Shown: positions 50,092-61,436, counted from the first letter of the stretch. The stretch is 64,000 nt of DNA from Dehalococcoidia bacterium (GCA_050011565.1 JBEKIW010000005.1:32001-96000); one strand, 5' to 3'. A program made the numbers and translations. The notes: generated by a model not told the origin, from the letters alone.

Positions 50092-51291
50092 GTGTCCAAA
50101 AACCAATCCAGCCATATTAAATTATCTCAAGGTCGCATATCCGAAAAGGTGAACGCACTGCCACCTTCGGGTATCAGGAAATTCTTTGACTTACTCTCCT
50201 CCATCGAGGGGGTAATTTCCCTGGGAGTCGGGGAGCCTGATTTTGTCACGCCCTGGTACATACGTGAAGCAGCCATATACTCGCTGGAAAAAGGCTACAC
50301 CATGTATACCTCCAATAAAGGCACGCCGGAATTAAGAGCCGAATTAGCCAAACACCTCGAAGCCCGCTACGGTTTGACCTATGACCCCGAGGACGAAATA
50401 CTGATTACTGTCGGCGTCAGCGAAGGCCTAGACCTGGCTGCCAGAGCTATCCTCAACCCCGGTGACGAAGTCATCATGCCTGACCCTTGCTACGTCGCTT
50501 ATCCCGCCGCCATCAGTTTGGCCGGCGGAATACCTGTCCAGGTGGCAACCACTGTAGAAAACGATTTCGAGATAACCGCCGAGGACATCGAGTCGCGTAT
50601 CACCCAGAGGACAAAAGCCATTTTAATCGGCTACCCCTGCAATCCCACAGGCGCGGTTCTACCCAAGGAAGAGCTTATAAAAATTGCTGAACTGGCTAAG
50701 CGATATAATCTTCTGGTGATTTCAGACGAAGTCTACTGCCGGCTCGTCTACGGTGTCGAGCATACCTGCCTGGCTACTTTACCGGGTATGAGAGAACGTA
50801 CCATTCTATTGAACGGATTTTCCAAAGCCTATGCTATGACGGGATGGAGAATCGGCTACGCTACATGCGACAGGGAAATTGTGGGAGCCATGACCAAAAT
50901 TCACCAGTACACGATACTGTGTGCTTCCATAATGGGACAGATGGCCGCTCTTGAAGCTCTGAAAGTCGATGACCGCGAAGTAGACGCCATGGTGAGAGAT
51001 TACGACCGACGGCGCCGGGTTATCGTCAAGGGATTCAGAGACATCGGCTTGTCCTGCTTCGAGCCGAAGGGCGCTTTTTATGCTTTCCCTTCTATAAAAG
51101 TCACCGGCATGACCTCGGAGGAATTTGCTGAAAAGCTGTTAATGGAAGAAAAAGTAGCAGTAGTACCCGGCTCCGCTTTCGGTCAGTGCGGTGAAGGCTA
51201 TATACGATGCTGCTATGCCACCTCCCTCCCCGATATTGAAGAAGCCCTCAAGAGAATGGGCAGATTCATAAATAGACATCGTAAAATATAA
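50092..51291 (+). CDS. Class I/II PLP-dependent aminotransferase
   Basis: ISLGVGEPDF, PCNPTG, SDEVY, GFSKAYAMTGWRIG. Confidence 0.95.
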   Translation: MSKNQSSHIKLSQGRISEKVNALPPSGIRKFFDLLSSIEGVISLGVGEPDFVTPWYIREAAIYSLEKGYTMYTSNKGTPELRAELAKHLEARYGLTYDPEDEILITVGVSEGLDLAARAILNPGDEVIMPDPCYVAYPAAISLAGGIPVQVATTVENDFEITAEDIESRITQRTKAILIGYPCNPTGAVLPKEELIKIAELAKRYNLLVISDEVYCRLVYGVEHTCLATLPGMRERTILLNGFSKAYAMTGWRIGYATCDREIVGAMTKIHQYTILCASIMGQMAALEALKVDDREVDAMVRDYDRRRRVIVKGFRDIGLSCFEPKGAFYAFPSIKVTGMTSEEFAEKLLMEEKVAVVPGSAFGQCGEGYIRCCYATSLPDIEEALKRMGRFINRHRKI

Positions 51292-51339
51292 TTATTGAAA
51301 GCCAGGCAAACTAAGAATACCCCTAGCAGGATTAAAGCC

Positions 51340-52503
51340 ATGGATTTTCAATTAACCGAGGAACAGAATTTAACGCGTCAGGCTGTTCGAGATTTTGCCG
51401 AAAAAGAAATAGCCCCCATCGCCAGAGAGCTGGATGAAAAAGAACACTTCTCCATTGAGCTGACGCAGAAAATGGCCGACCTGGGCCTGCTGGGTTGCTT
51501 TGTCCCCGAAAAATACGGCGGCTCGAACATGGGCTATATCTCATATATCATCGTGGTCGAGGAACTGGCCAGGGTGGATGGTTCACAGGCGGCTACCATC
51601 GCTGCCGGAAACTCCTTAGGCATCGGACCAATCTACTACTTCGGCAACGAAAAGCAGAAGCAGGAATGGCTGCCCAGGCTGTGTTCAGGAAAAAATCTGG
51701 CAGCTTTTGGTCTCACCGAGCCTGAGGCCGGCTCTGACGCCGGCAGCTCTCGGACTGCGGCCGTGTTTAAAGGAGACCATTGGGTTATCAATGGCAGGAA
51801 AATATTTATCACCAACGCAGCCTGCCCCTTGACCGGCGTCATCGTCGTCCAGGCCGTGACCGGCAAGCCAGAGGCTGGACATGCAGAGCTCAGCTGCTTC
51901 ATTGTCCCCAGAGATGCACCCGGCTTTACTGCCAAGGAAATGAAAGGCAAAATGATGTGGCGTTCGTCTAATACCGGAGAGCTTTTCTTTGACGACTGCA
52001 TTGTTCCCAAGGAAAATCTTCTGGGGAAGATAGGCGATGGTTTCCATCAGATGCTGGCTACTTTAGATGGTGGGCGCCTGAGCATCGCTGCCATGGGACT
52101 CGGTGGCTCTCAAGGAGCCTTCGAGATAGCTCTGGAGTATGCCAATTCGCGTATACAGTTCGGTAGACCTATCAGCTCATTCCAGGTCAACGCCTTTAAG
52201 CTAGCGGATATGGCACTCGAGCTCGAACTTGCCCGGAATTTTCTGTACAAGGTTTGCTGGATACGAGAAAACAATCTTCCCATCACCAAAGAGGCGGCAA
52301 TGGCCAAGCTCTATTGCTCAGAGGTTATGCATCGTTGCGTTCACCAGGGTTTGCAGTTGCACGGCGGCTACGGGCTGATGAAGGATTTCAGGATAGAAAG
52401 GTTTTATCGAGACCAGAGGCTTCTCGAAATCGGTGAGGGAACGTCGGAGATTCTACGAATTGTGATTGCTCGACATATCGGTGCGGCTGGGAGGGCAATC
52501 TAG
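51340..52503 (+). CDS. Acyl-CoA dehydrogenase
   Basis: FGLTEPEAGSDA, NGRKIFITN, R.QFG.PI..FQ, HGGYG, IGEGTSEI. Confidence 0.95.
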   Translation: MDFQLTEEQNLTRQAVRDFAEKEIAPIARELDEKEHFSIELTQKMADLGLLGCFVPEKYGGSNMGYISYIIVVEELARVDGSQAATIAAGNSLGIGPIYYFGNEKQKQEWLPRLCSGKNLAAFGLTEPEAGSDAGSSRTAAVFKGDHWVINGRKIFITNAACPLTGVIVVQAVTGKPEAGHAELSCFIVPRDAPGFTAKEMKGKMMWRSSNTGELFFDDCIVPKENLLGKIGDGFHQMLATLDGGRLSIAAMGLGGSQGAFEIALEYANSRIQFGRPISSFQVNAFKLADMALELELARNFLYKVCWIRENNLPITKEAAMAKLYCSEVMHRCVHQGLQLHGGYGLMKDFRIERFYRDQRLLEIGEGTSEILRIVIARHIGAAGRAI

Positions 52504-52512
52504 GAGGCACAT

Positions 52513-53199
52513 ATGACAACAAGTAAGGACTCTGGACCTGCCAACAAAATGAGCTCAGCCGGGAAGAAGCCTGCCAGACATGAAGATTTTATTACCGATG
52601 CTTCCCGTATAGCACCTGCTAAAGCATTAAAGAAAGAGAAAGAAGCTCTAGGCGAACGAATACGAACAGCCCGTGAGATGCGCGGCCTCAGCCTCGACGA
52701 TATCAGCAGCCGGACCGGCATCGATGCGGCTACACTGAATCGTATTGAGTCAAATGAAATATTACCTCCGCTGGGCCAATTGATCAGGCTGGGTAAAGCC
52801 CTGGATATGAAAATGGGCTATTTCATATCTCCCGGCGTAGACAAACCTGTGACTGTGGTACGTAAAGGTCAAGGCCAGGCTGTAGCCCGGTATGGAAAAA
52901 AGAAGAGCCAGCAATACGGATATATTTATGAATCTTTAGCCCCTGAAAAAGCTAACCGAATGATGGAGCCATTTATTGTGACTCTGCTGCCAACTGATGC
53001 GGAGGAGTTCTCCACCCACGACGGTCAGGAGTTTATCTATGTTCTGGAAGGTGAAATGAAAGTCCAGGTTGGAGACTGCACTGAGCTTCTGCATCCAGGA
53101 GACGCTGTCTATTACGATTCCACTCAACCTCATCTGGTCAAGTCCGCCACCAGGGCCAAGACCACGATACTCGCCGTCTTATACACTGGGACTAAATAG
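52513..53199 (+). CDS. XRE-family HTH regulator with cupin domain
   Basis: LGERIRTARE...LNRIE HTH; HDGQEFIYVLEG...GDAVYYDS..PH. Confidence 0.92.
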   Translation: MTTSKDSGPANKMSSAGKKPARHEDFITDASRIAPAKALKKEKEALGERIRTAREMRGLSLDDISSRTGIDAATLNRIESNEILPPLGQLIRLGKALDMKMGYFISPGVDKPVTVVRKGQGQAVARYGKKKSQQYGYIYESLAPEKANRMMEPFIVTLLPTDAEEFSTHDGQEFIYVLEGEMKVQVGDCTELLHPGDAVYYDSTQPHLVKSATRAKTTILAVLYTGTK

Positions 53200-53301
53200 C
53201 CAAGTCCAAAGGCACGATAGCGCTCGGGAAAAAATACAACTGGACAAAGGAAAACAAGATAAATTGGAGATTAGTAATGTCGGCAATGGCCAGTAAAGCA
53301 C

Positions 53302-54729
53302 CTACGAAGGAACTATCATACGTCTGTCTGCCTTATCGCCGTTTCTAATCTCGTCATCCTGATAGTATTTATATATACCCCGTCCCTGCTCCTTGGCCAA
53401 GTACATGGCGGAGTCAGCATTCTTCAATAGGTGTTCAATTTCTATGCCATCATCGGGATAAACAGCAATGCCGATGCTGGTTGTGACCTGCAGCCGATGG
53501 CGGCCGAAAACAAATGGCTCTTGAAAGGCATTTAAGATTCTCTGAGCGAACTTGGTAACGTCATCTATGCAGGAGATTTGAGGAAGTACCAGAACAAACT
53601 CGTCGCCACCTATACGGGAGATAGTATCGCTGTTACGTATGATACTTGATAACCGCTGCCCGACAGCTTTCAACAGCTCGTCGCCGACGCTGTGCCCCAT
53701 GGCGTCGTTAACCGCCTTAAATCTGTCCAGGTCAAGCATTAGAGCTGCCACCCGGTGACCGTTTCGCCGTGCCAGAGCCGTCCCTACCATAAGCCGGTCA
53801 CTTAACAATATCCTGTTAGGCAGGCCGGTAAGCGAGTCATGAGTTGCCATCTCAGCAAGCTTTTCCTCAAACTGCTTGCGTTCTGTAATATCACGGCTGA
53901 CTGACCGGAACCCGATAATCTTTCCTTCCTTATTTCGCAACGGAGAAATTGAGTTTTCTAAAAATATGTGCGCCCCGTCTTTTCTTATACTGGCAAAAAG
54001 AAACGACTTCAACGCCTCGCCTGTACGATAAACTTTATTCCAAGCCCTATAAACATTCTTAACATCTACTTTGGGCACATAGACCTTATAATTCAATCCC
54101 ATTAGCTCTTCCCTTGAGTATCCTAACTGGCGGCAAGCCGAATCATTCACGAAGGTGAAGTTGCCCGCAAGGTCTACTTCATAGTAGCCTTCTTCTATTT
54201 CCTCCAGTATGGCACGGTACCTCGCCTCCGACCTCCTTAAAGCTTCCTCCATATGCAAACGTTCGGTAACATCACGACCAATGCCGCGGAATCCAACAAC
54301 TTCTCCTTTTTCATTTCTCAAGGGAAAGACCGAGCTTTCGGTAAATATTCGTTTTCCATCCTTTCTAATTTGTTCCATGAGAAACAGTTCGTTAGGATTA
54401 CCTGTCTGATGTACTTGCTTGTTAAGCTCAGACTGCTTCTTAACGTGCTCGGGCGGAGTGTAAACTCGATAATTCATCCCCATGAGCTCTTCTCTGGAAT
54501 AACCCAGCTGGCGGCACAAAGCATCGTTGAAAAAGGTGAAGTTGCCGTCAAGGTCCGTTTCATAGTAGGACTCCTTCATGTCCTCCATTATGATCCGATA
54601 TTTATCTTCTAACGTCAAAACAGTCTCTTCCAATCTCACTTTTTCGGTAGCCCCCGTAAAGCTTCCCATATCGATTCCTTCTCCTCTGTGACCAGTTAGT
54701 GACCTTGGATAATGCTCGATCGTCTCCAA
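53302..54729 (-). CDS. PAS-PAS diguanylate cyclase
   Basis: Two PAS/PAC repeats; HDSLTGLPNR, DLDRFK.VND..GH..GD, RIGGDEF; start may be ATG 54669. Confidence 0.93.
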   Translation of the reverse strand: METIEHYPRSLTGHRGEGIDMGSFTGATEKVRLEETVLTLEDKYRIIMEDMKESYYETDLDGNFTFFNDALCRQLGYSREELMGMNYRVYTPPEHVKKQSELNKQVHQTGNPNELFLMEQIRKDGKRIFTESSVFPLRNEKGEVVGFRGIGRDVTERLHMEEALRRSEARYRAILEEIEEGYYEVDLAGNFTFVNDSACRQLGYSREELMGLNYKVYVPKVDVKNVYRAWNKVYRTGEALKSFLFASIRKDGAHIFLENSISPLRNKEGKIIGFRSVSRDITERKQFEEKLAEMATHDSLTGLPNRILLSDRLMVGTALARRNGHRVAALMLDLDRFKAVNDAMGHSVGDELLKAVGQRLSSIIRNSDTISRIGGDEFVLVLPQISCIDDVTKFAQRILNAFQEPFVFGRHRLQVTTSIGIAVYPDDGIEIEHLLKNADSAMYLAKEQGRGIYKYYQDDEIRNGDKADRRMIVPS

Positions 54730-54747
54730 TTTCCCTTCACTTTACAG

Positions 54748-54984
54748 TTATTCAGCTCCTGGAGGGTGCATTATGAAATTATGGTTTTCTATCCGGGCTA
54801 ATGTAAATATCTGTTCCGGTACAATGCACACGTAGTCCCCCGCTTCAGAGGACGGCAAGTTTACTTGCTGTAATCTTTCATTCTGTGCCAAGTAGACGTC
54901 CGGACTGGCGCAGCTTACCAGTGTTTGAGCCAACTGTGTTAACCGGTCTCTCCTGGATTTTTTACGTTCAACCATCTTTTGCAT
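54748..54984 (-). CDS. Hypothetical protein
   Basis: ORF upstream of and co-oriented with the cyclase, AAGGGGG RBS; no recognised motif. Confidence 0.4.
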   Translation of the reverse strand: MQKMVERKKSRRDRLTQLAQTLVSCASPDVYLAQNERLQQVNLPSSEAGDYVCIVPEQIFTLARIENHNFIMHPPGAE

Positions 54985-55147
54985 ATAATTTTTACCCCCT
55001 TTATCAATTAGTCCCATAGAGCTAATCTAAATATACTACCATCTGGCGCTGTAGTGAATAGCCCATAGGTAACTTTAGACATAGTGAAAAGGTACCCATA
55101 CTATTGGTTAAGCTTACGGGTTAAAAGGTAGGATATGTAGGCACTGG

Positions 55148-55942
55148 TTATTGCCCAAAATGCTGCAGAAATTCACGTTGAAGTCTGAGATTCGAAGCCA
55201 CAAGCTCCGCATCTTGAAAATTAGCCCGTCTGCCCTGCCAATCTACCACTTCGCCACCCGCCTCTCTAACTAGCAGCAGGCCACTGGCAATGTCCCAGGG
55301 AAAGAGATAACGGTGAAAGTAAAGGCTGACTCTGCCGCAGGCGACATAAGCTAAGCCGAGTGATGATGAACCCATTAGTCTGACACAATGCACCTGTCCC
55401 CAAATCCGGTTAACCGTATCGAGCATCTGCCTGCCCCGGTCATGGCTATAGCCAAGGTCGAGACCTACGAGGGACTCCTGGAGGGAACTTATTGTGGTTA
55501 CGCGAATCGGGGACTCATTAAGATAAGCCCCTTTTCCAGTCTCAACGTGAAAGAGCTCTACCCTCACCGGGTCATAGGTTACTCCCAACAGGATATCCTC
55601 ATCCCGAACCAGAGCGATGTTTACGCAGAAAAAGGGAATGCCGAAGGTATAATTGTTGGTGCCATCCAAAGGATCGACAACCCAGGTGTAATTGTCGATC
55701 GGGGTTGAGGAATGCGATTCTTCGGAGAGGATGCCGAAATCCGGATATTCCCTTTTTAAAAAATCTATTATGAACTTTTCAGACAGAATGTCAGCATCAG
55801 TAACGAGATTACCCTGGCTTTTACGTTTTACATGTTTTACAGAGCCGAAATGAGCCAGGAGAATTTCGCCAGCTTCTTTAGCCGCTGCGCTAGCTACTTC
55901 AAGGGCACTTTTGCCGCTCGTGGCAAGGGGCAAATTGGACAT
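55148..55942 (-). CDS. suhB: Inositol monophosphatase family protein
   Basis: LVTDAD, SEE, WVVDPLDGTNNY, WDIASG. Confidence 0.9.
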   Translation of the reverse strand: MSNLPLATSGKSALEVASAAAKEAGEILLAHFGSVKHVKRKSQGNLVTDADILSEKFIIDFLKREYPDFGILSEESHSSTPIDNYTWVVDPLDGTNNYTFGIPFFCVNIALVRDEDILLGVTYDPVRVELFHVETGKGAYLNESPIRVTTISSLQESLVGLDLGYSHDRGRQMLDTVNRIWGQVHCVRLMGSSSLGLAYVACGRVSLYFHRYLFPWDIASGLLLVREAGGEVVDWQGRRANFQDAELVASNLRLQREFLQHFGQ

Positions 55943-55951
55943 AGCGAAACT

Positions 55952-56938
55952 TCACACGTCCCGCGGAAGTAGCCCCATCTTTTCTTTTACTTCGGCTAAG
56001 GTCTTTTGGGCGATTACCTTGGCCCGCTTGGCTCCATCAGCCAGGACTTCGTTTACATATTCCGGCCTGGCAGCAAACGAGGCTCTTCTCTCTCTCAGAG
56101 GCGCCAGCGCTTTATTTATCCCCTCGGCAAGTAATCCCTTGCAGTCGACACAGCCTATGTCCGCCGAACGGCATCGACTGGTTATCTCGTCTACCTGTCC
56201 GGTATTAAAGAAGCGATGGAGACTGAATACGTTACACACCTCCGGATGGCCGACATCCGAACGATATTTTCGGGCAGGGTCGGTTACTGCCGTCATCACT
56301 AGCTTCTTTGTCTCCTCCGGAGTAGCCGCCAGCTCGATAACGTTATTGTAGCTCTTGCCCATCTTCTGAGCGCCGTTCAGCCCCAACACCATGGGAAAAG
56401 AGGTCAGCTTGGCCTGCGGTTCAGGAAAAGTATCCCCGAATAGAGAATTAAACCGCCGGGCTATTTCCCGCGCCAGCTCAAGATGCGGCAATTGGTCCTC
56501 CCCTACAGGAACCACTTCGGCCTTATATAGCACTATATCGGCAGTCATTAACACGGGGTAGCCCACAAGTCCGTAGTTGACATTTTGAGGCTGCATACGT
56601 GCCTTCTCTTTGAAAGTAGGTACACGCAATAACCAGCCTAACGGCGTAATCATGCCCAGTAGCGTATAAAGTTCCATCACCTCAGGAACGTGCGATTGAA
56701 CAAAGATAATGCTTTTCTTGGGGTCGAGACCGGCAGCCAGCCAGTCAAGCATCATCTCATGTATATCCTGCTGAAGTCTATTAGTGTTCTCTAAGGTCGT
56801 TAACGCATGGATATCAACTATGCAATAAATGCATTCATATTCATCTTGTAGAGCAACATAATTTTGAATGGCACCCAGATAATTGCCTATGTGCTGCCTG
56901 CCGGTGGGTCGGGCACCGGAAAAAACGCGCTTTTTCAT
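55952..56938 (-). CDS. trpS: Tryptophan--tRNA ligase
   Basis: RPTG..HIGN, YPVLMTADI, VPVGEDQ, KMGKS. Confidence 0.96.
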   Translation of the reverse strand: MKKRVFSGARPTGRQHIGNYLGAIQNYVALQDEYECIYCIVDIHALTTLENTNRLQQDIHEMMLDWLAAGLDPKKSIIFVQSHVPEVMELYTLLGMITPLGWLLRVPTFKEKARMQPQNVNYGLVGYPVLMTADIVLYKAEVVPVGEDQLPHLELAREIARRFNSLFGDTFPEPQAKLTSFPMVLGLNGAQKMGKSYNNVIELAATPEETKKLVMTAVTDPARKYRSDVGHPEVCNVFSLHRFFNTGQVDEITSRCRSADIGCVDCKGLLAEGINKALAPLRERRASFAARPEYVNEVLADGAKRAKVIAQKTLAEVKEKMGLLPRDV

Positions 56939-57001
56939 GATTCGTGCCAGTTTAGCATAAAGCGTATTCAGCTACAAACTGAGGTTTGAGGATGTTTAAC
57001 C

Positions 57002-57087
57002 GTCGTCGCGAGAAGCCCTTCCGCGGGAGGGCAACATGGCAATGCCAGTCAAATACCAAAGCGGATTTGCATTACACCAGAATGACA
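57002..57087. repeat. Degenerate GTCATTGCGAG...GCAAT...AATGAC-type palindromic repeat
   Basis: GTCGTCGCGAG-GCCCTTCCGCGGGAGGGC-GGCAATG ... CAGAATGACA; related half-copy at 58784-58811. Confidence 0.45.
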
Positions 57088-57098
57088 AACGGGGGTGG

Positions 57099-58760
57099 CT
57101 ACATGCTTTCAGGGGCTGTCATACCCATAAGATGAAGCGTTCTGGCCAGGACAATCTGCGCTGCCTTGACCAACTTAAGTCGAGCTTGGGTCAGCTCCTG
57201 GTTTTTTGAAACAACCCGACATTGTTTGTAAAAGCTGTGGAAAACGGTGGCTAAATCTTGAGCATAGTAAGGCAAATGATGCGGCTCCAGTGTATCGGAA
57301 ATTAGCTCTGCTATTTCCGGCAGCCTGGTCATTCGACGTATCAAAGTTAATTCCGGCTCGGTGGCAAGTAAGGAGACATCGCCTCGACTGTAATCGATTC
57401 CCCTTTCTTCAGCCAGACAAAGGATGCTGGAAATGCGAGCGTGAGCATATTGAACGTAATAAACCGGATTATCCGCCGATTGCTTCTTGGCTAGCTCCAA
57501 ATCAAAATCCATCTGGGCATCGGCGGAACGAGATAGGAAGACAAAGCGACAGGCATCAGGACCAACCTCGTCTATTACCTCCCGCAGGGTGATCATGTCA
57601 CCGCTGCGCTTTGAGACTCTGACTACCTGCTGCCCGCGGCGGAGTGTGACTAATTGACAGATTATGACCTTCAGCCGTTTGGGGTTTATTCCCAGAGCAT
57701 TGACCACAGCCATCATGCGGGAAACATGCCCCTGATGGTCCGCTCCCCAGATATCGATCACGCTTTCGAACTTTCGCTCCAGGAATTTATTGAAATGATA
57801 GGCGATATCTGAAGCGAAATATGTGGGAGAGCCATCACTGCGTATCAAGACATTATCTTTGTCTTCACCCAGTGCCGAAGATATAAACCAGGTGGCATTT
57901 TCCTTCTCCGCTACATAACCGCCTTTTGTCAACATCTTCATAACCTTTTCATATTGGCCATTTTTGTACAGGCTCTGTTCACTGAACCAGACATCAAACT
58001 CCACATCCAGCAATTCGAGGTCTTTTTTAATCATGTCCATTATCCTGGTAACCCCGAGCATTCCCAGTTCCCGAATAGCTGCGTCTGCAGGCATTGTCGA
58101 AAGGCGTTTGCCTTCCTTCTTTATTATCTCTTTGGCCAGGTCGACCATGTAGTTTCCCAGGTAGCCGTCGCTCGGCATGTCAACATCGATACCCAGACAT
58201 TGTTGGTATCGCGCGTAAAGAGACCGTTTAAAGGCATCTAACTGGCTGCCGGCATCATTGATATAGTATTCCTTCTCTACCGCGTACCCGGCGGCGCTGA
58301 GCACATTAGCCAGGGTACTTCCCAGAACAGCGCCGCGCCCGTGTCCGACATGTAGCGGCCCGGTGGGGTTTACACTTACAAACTCAATCTGAACTGGCTT
58401 TCCCGCACCCAGGTCTATATTTCCGTAAGAATCGCCGGCATCCAGAATAGCGGCTACCTGTTCCGTAAGCCAACCGGTACTGAGACTAAAATTGATAAAG
58501 CCCGGGGAAGCAACGACTATTTTGGAGACTTCAGGCAAAGGAGGCATAAATTCTATGATTTTCTCGGCGATTGCCGGAGGAGCTTTCTCCGTCGTTCTTG
58601 CCAGCTTGAGCGGCAGACTGGAAGCATAGTCGCCATGCTCAGGATTCTGCGGGCGTTCTACCACGATCTCAGGTAAAGCTGTGGCAGCCAGGACTCCTTC
58701 TTGTTGAGCCGCTCTTGCAGCCTGCTCCAGGACCTTAGCCAGTTTGTGTTTGATAAACAT
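57099..58760 (-). CDS. argS: Arginine--tRNA ligase
   Basis: [37 protein letters not shown]. Confidence 0.97.
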   Translation of the reverse strand: MFIKHKLAKVLEQAARAAQQEGVLAATALPEIVVERPQNPEHGDYASSLPLKLARTTEKAPPAIAEKIIEFMPPLPEVSKIVVASPGFINFSLSTGWLTEQVAAILDAGDSYGNIDLGAGKPVQIEFVSVNPTGPLHVGHGRGAVLGSTLANVLSAAGYAVEKEYYINDAGSQLDAFKRSLYARYQQCLGIDVDMPSDGYLGNYMVDLAKEIIKKEGKRLSTMPADAAIRELGMLGVTRIMDMIKKDLELLDVEFDVWFSEQSLYKNGQYEKVMKMLTKGGYVAEKENATWFISSALGEDKDNVLIRSDGSPTYFASDIAYHFNKFLERKFESVIDIWGADHQGHVSRMMAVVNALGINPKRLKVIICQLVTLRRGQQVVRVSKRSGDMITLREVIDEVGPDACRFVFLSRSADAQMDFDLELAKKQSADNPVYYVQYAHARISSILCLAEERGIDYSRGDVSLLATEPELTLIRRMTRLPEIAELISDTLEPHHLPYYAQDLATVFHSFYKQCRVVSKNQELTQARLKLVKAAQIVLARTLHLMGMTAPESM

Positions 58761-58866
58761 TAATCCTCTGAATAATAGACGCTGAGATTATTCGCCGTGC
58801 TCTGAGTGACAAAATGGGATTAGCGAATACCCCTATATAATAGAACTACTATACATAACTTGCAAA

Positions 58867-61338
58867 TCAGCTCAATTCACCGCCCGTTTGCCAAACTCTG
58901 GACAGCTCCTGAGCTAACAGTTTATGTTCCGGCATAGTGAGGCCCGAATCCTTCTGGAAAAGAGCGATGGCCTCATTTCGAGCTAATTCCAGAAGTGGCG
59001 TGTCAGATAGTCTGGCCATGCGGAGGTCAGGCAAACCGCTCTGTCGAGTGCCGAAGAATTCACCCGGCCCTCTTAGCTCTAAATCTTTCTCGGCTAAAAC
59101 AAAACCATCTTGAATTCCCTCTATAGCCTGTAATCTCTCGCTGCCCTCGGGCGACGGCTTCTCTGCCAGAAGCAAGCAGTAACTTTGCTTCTCACCCCGC
59201 CCTACTCGACCGCGAAATTGATGCAACTGCGATAGGCCAAAACGGTCGGCAGCCTCTATCAGCATAACACTAGCATTAGGAACATCGATGCCGACCTCTA
59301 CTACAGGCGTGGATACAAGAATATCGAGCTTTCCGTCCCTGAAGCTCTTCATCGCTTTATCCTTCTCAGCGATTGCCATCCGGCCGTGTAGTAAGCCGAG
59401 TTTCAAGTCAGGGAAAACTTCCTGCGACAACCGTTCATATTCGGCCACCGCCGCTTTAGCTTCGATGCTTTCTGATTCTTCGATTAAAGGACAGATTATG
59501 AATGCCTGCGCGCCGGCGGTAATTTCCCGGCGGAGAAAATCATAAGCTCTGGCTCTCTGCTCCGGTTTAAGCCATTTTGTTTTTATCTCTTTCCGACCAG
59601 GAGGTAATTCATCTATGACCGAAAGGTCTAAATCGCCGTAAAGCGTCAAGGCCAATGTCCGCGGAATAGGTGTAGCCGACATCACCAGTATGTGGGGATT
59701 AAATCCTTTCTGGCGTAAAGCTAAGCGCTGCAAAACACCAAAGCGATGCTGCTCATCTATCACTACCAGCCCCAGCCTGGAAAACTCCACGGCCCTTTGA
59801 ATTAGAGCGTGCGTGCCGATGACGATATCCACCTTGCCTGATTCAATTTCCTCATGTAAAGCTGATTTTTGCTTTTCGCTCAGACTTCCCGTTAATAGGG
59901 CAAAAGTGATTGGATGCAAAAAGAGTCCGTAGTAGCGACAAAGGTTATCTTGTTCTTCCTTCCGTTCGCTCACCTTGGATAGAAGTTGGCACATGCTGCG
60001 GAAGTGCTGCTCAGCTAGTATCTCGGTTGGCGCCATTAACGCTCCCTGGTAACCGTTATCGGCTGCCGCCAACAAAGCGGTTACAGCCACTACAGTTTTG
60101 CCGCTGCCCACTTCACCCTGGAGAAGACGTGACATAGGCCGCGTTTCTTGCAGGTCGCCGAGGATTTGTTGCAGCACCCGCTGCTGCGCACCGGTCAAAG
60201 TAAACGGCAGGGAACGCAGAAACTTGTCGATGTTCTCTCCGATTGCCTTAAAGGCGTTTCCGGGTTGACTTTCCTGCCAGTCCCGCTTCTTGCCGAGCAC
60301 ACCCAATTGAATAAGGAAAAGCTCATCGAAAGCCAGACGCCTCCTGGCTTCAGCCTTTAGCGAATAGCTATCCGGATAATGAGTCTGGATAATCGCTTCC
60401 GGCAAATCTATCAGTTTGAACCTGCTTTTCGTCTCCTGTGGCAGAAAATCTGTCATCTGACATACCCAATTATCGAGGGCTCTCTTCACCATATTTCTGA
60501 CCTGTCGGGGATACAGGCCCCGTGTTAAGGGGTAGACGGGAACCAAACGACCGGTATGAATTAGCTCCTTGTCCTCAACCAACTCCCATTCCGGCGATTC
60601 TAATACTTTATTTCCCTTGAATTCCGATACCCTGCCGCTGAGGACTACTTGAGCGTTGGTGCGAAAATTCTTAGCCAGGTACGGCTGATTAAACCAGACC
60701 GCCCTCATATTTCCGGTCTCATCGCCAACAATGACTTCAGTGCCCTGTTGAGGTCCCAGCCTGGCCATTCGAGCTTCCCATACCGTAGCCAAAATAGTTT
60801 GTTCCTCACCCACCACAAGCTCGGCAATGGTTTTCCTCTGACTGTAATCAAGATGGCGCCTGGGGAAAAAGTAAAGTAAGTCACGAATTGTCTGAACTCC
60901 AAGCTTGGCCAGCTTGCCGGCTGAACTGGCGGCAATGCCTTTCACAGTAGTTACCGGCGAGTCTAAAACTTTGTCTCCACGCGAGGAACAGACCGCAGAA
61001 CCGGTAGTTTTACGGTTGACCGCTGTGGCGCGAGCCCGACTCTTTTTCGCCGGCACCGTTTCGACCAATGTCTCCACTCGAGCCAGCCAATCTATAACAT
61101 CTTTGACCCACGCTTTACGCTTATCCAGGTCCCAACCGGCATAATCAGAATCAGCCAGGCAAAGTTCGGTGAAACGGGATAAAGGCTCAGGCGAGTTTAT
61201 CCTGTTTCTGGTTTCACTCGCCCATTTACGGAGATACTTGTCAAGTCCACCCAGCACCGTAGTGTTGGCATAATTTCTCTGGCCTTCCATCTGGAGAATG
61301 GTTCGAAGAGGCTCGACATTAATGAGGGGAATTGTCAC
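58867..61338 (-). CDS. recG: ATP-dependent DNA helicase RecG with N-terminal extension
   Basis: QGEVGSGKT, DEQHRFG, SATPIPRT, QLHQFRGRVGRG, DLELRGPG. Confidence 0.96.
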   Translation of the reverse strand: MTIPLINVEPLRTILQMEGQRNYANTTVLGGLDKYLRKWASETRNRINSPEPLSRFTELCLADSDYAGWDLDKRKAWVKDVIDWLARVETLVETVPAKKSRARATAVNRKTTGSAVCSSRGDKVLDSPVTTVKGIAASSAGKLAKLGVQTIRDLLYFFPRRHLDYSQRKTIAELVVGEEQTILATVWEARMARLGPQQGTEVIVGDETGNMRAVWFNQPYLAKNFRTNAQVVLSGRVSEFKGNKVLESPEWELVEDKELIHTGRLVPVYPLTRGLYPRQVRNMVKRALDNWVCQMTDFLPQETKSRFKLIDLPEAIIQTHYPDSYSLKAEARRRLAFDELFLIQLGVLGKKRDWQESQPGNAFKAIGENIDKFLRSLPFTLTGAQQRVLQQILGDLQETRPMSRLLQGEVGSGKTVVAVTALLAAADNGYQGALMAPTEILAEQHFRSMCQLLSKVSERKEEQDNLCRYYGLFLHPITFALLTGSLSEKQKSALHEEIESGKVDIVIGTHALIQRAVEFSRLGLVVIDEQHRFGVLQRLALRQKGFNPHILVMSATPIPRTLALTLYGDLDLSVIDELPPGRKEIKTKWLKPEQRARAYDFLRREITAGAQAFIICPLIEESESIEAKAAVAEYERLSQEVFPDLKLGLLHGRMAIAEKDKAMKSFRDGKLDILVSTPVVEVGIDVPNASVMLIEAADRFGLSQLHQFRGRVGRGEKQSYCLLLAEKPSPEGSERLQAIEGIQDGFVLAEKDLELRGPGEFFGTRQSGLPDLRMARLSDTPLLELARNEAIALFQKDSGLTMPEHKLLAQELSRVWQTGGELS

Positions 61339-61436
61339 TGACCTTAACCTTTTCTAATTGCCGGCAGAAAAAAGACTGGTACTGTTTTAATTCTCAATGC
61401 CGGTAAAAATTGCTCTGGAGAAAAACCTACAAAACA

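Noticed and set aside
53890-54600. Internal DNA similarity within the diguanylate cyclase gene
   Set aside because: Explained by tandem PAS/PAC domains.
55010-55105. Repeated CCCATA/TACCCAT words resembling NarL-type heptamers
   Set aside because: Short and irregularly spaced, with no cognate regulator nearby.
56939-57098. T-box riboswitch upstream of trpS
   Set aside because: No T-box core (GGTGG.ACCGCG) or terminator is visible on the minus strand.
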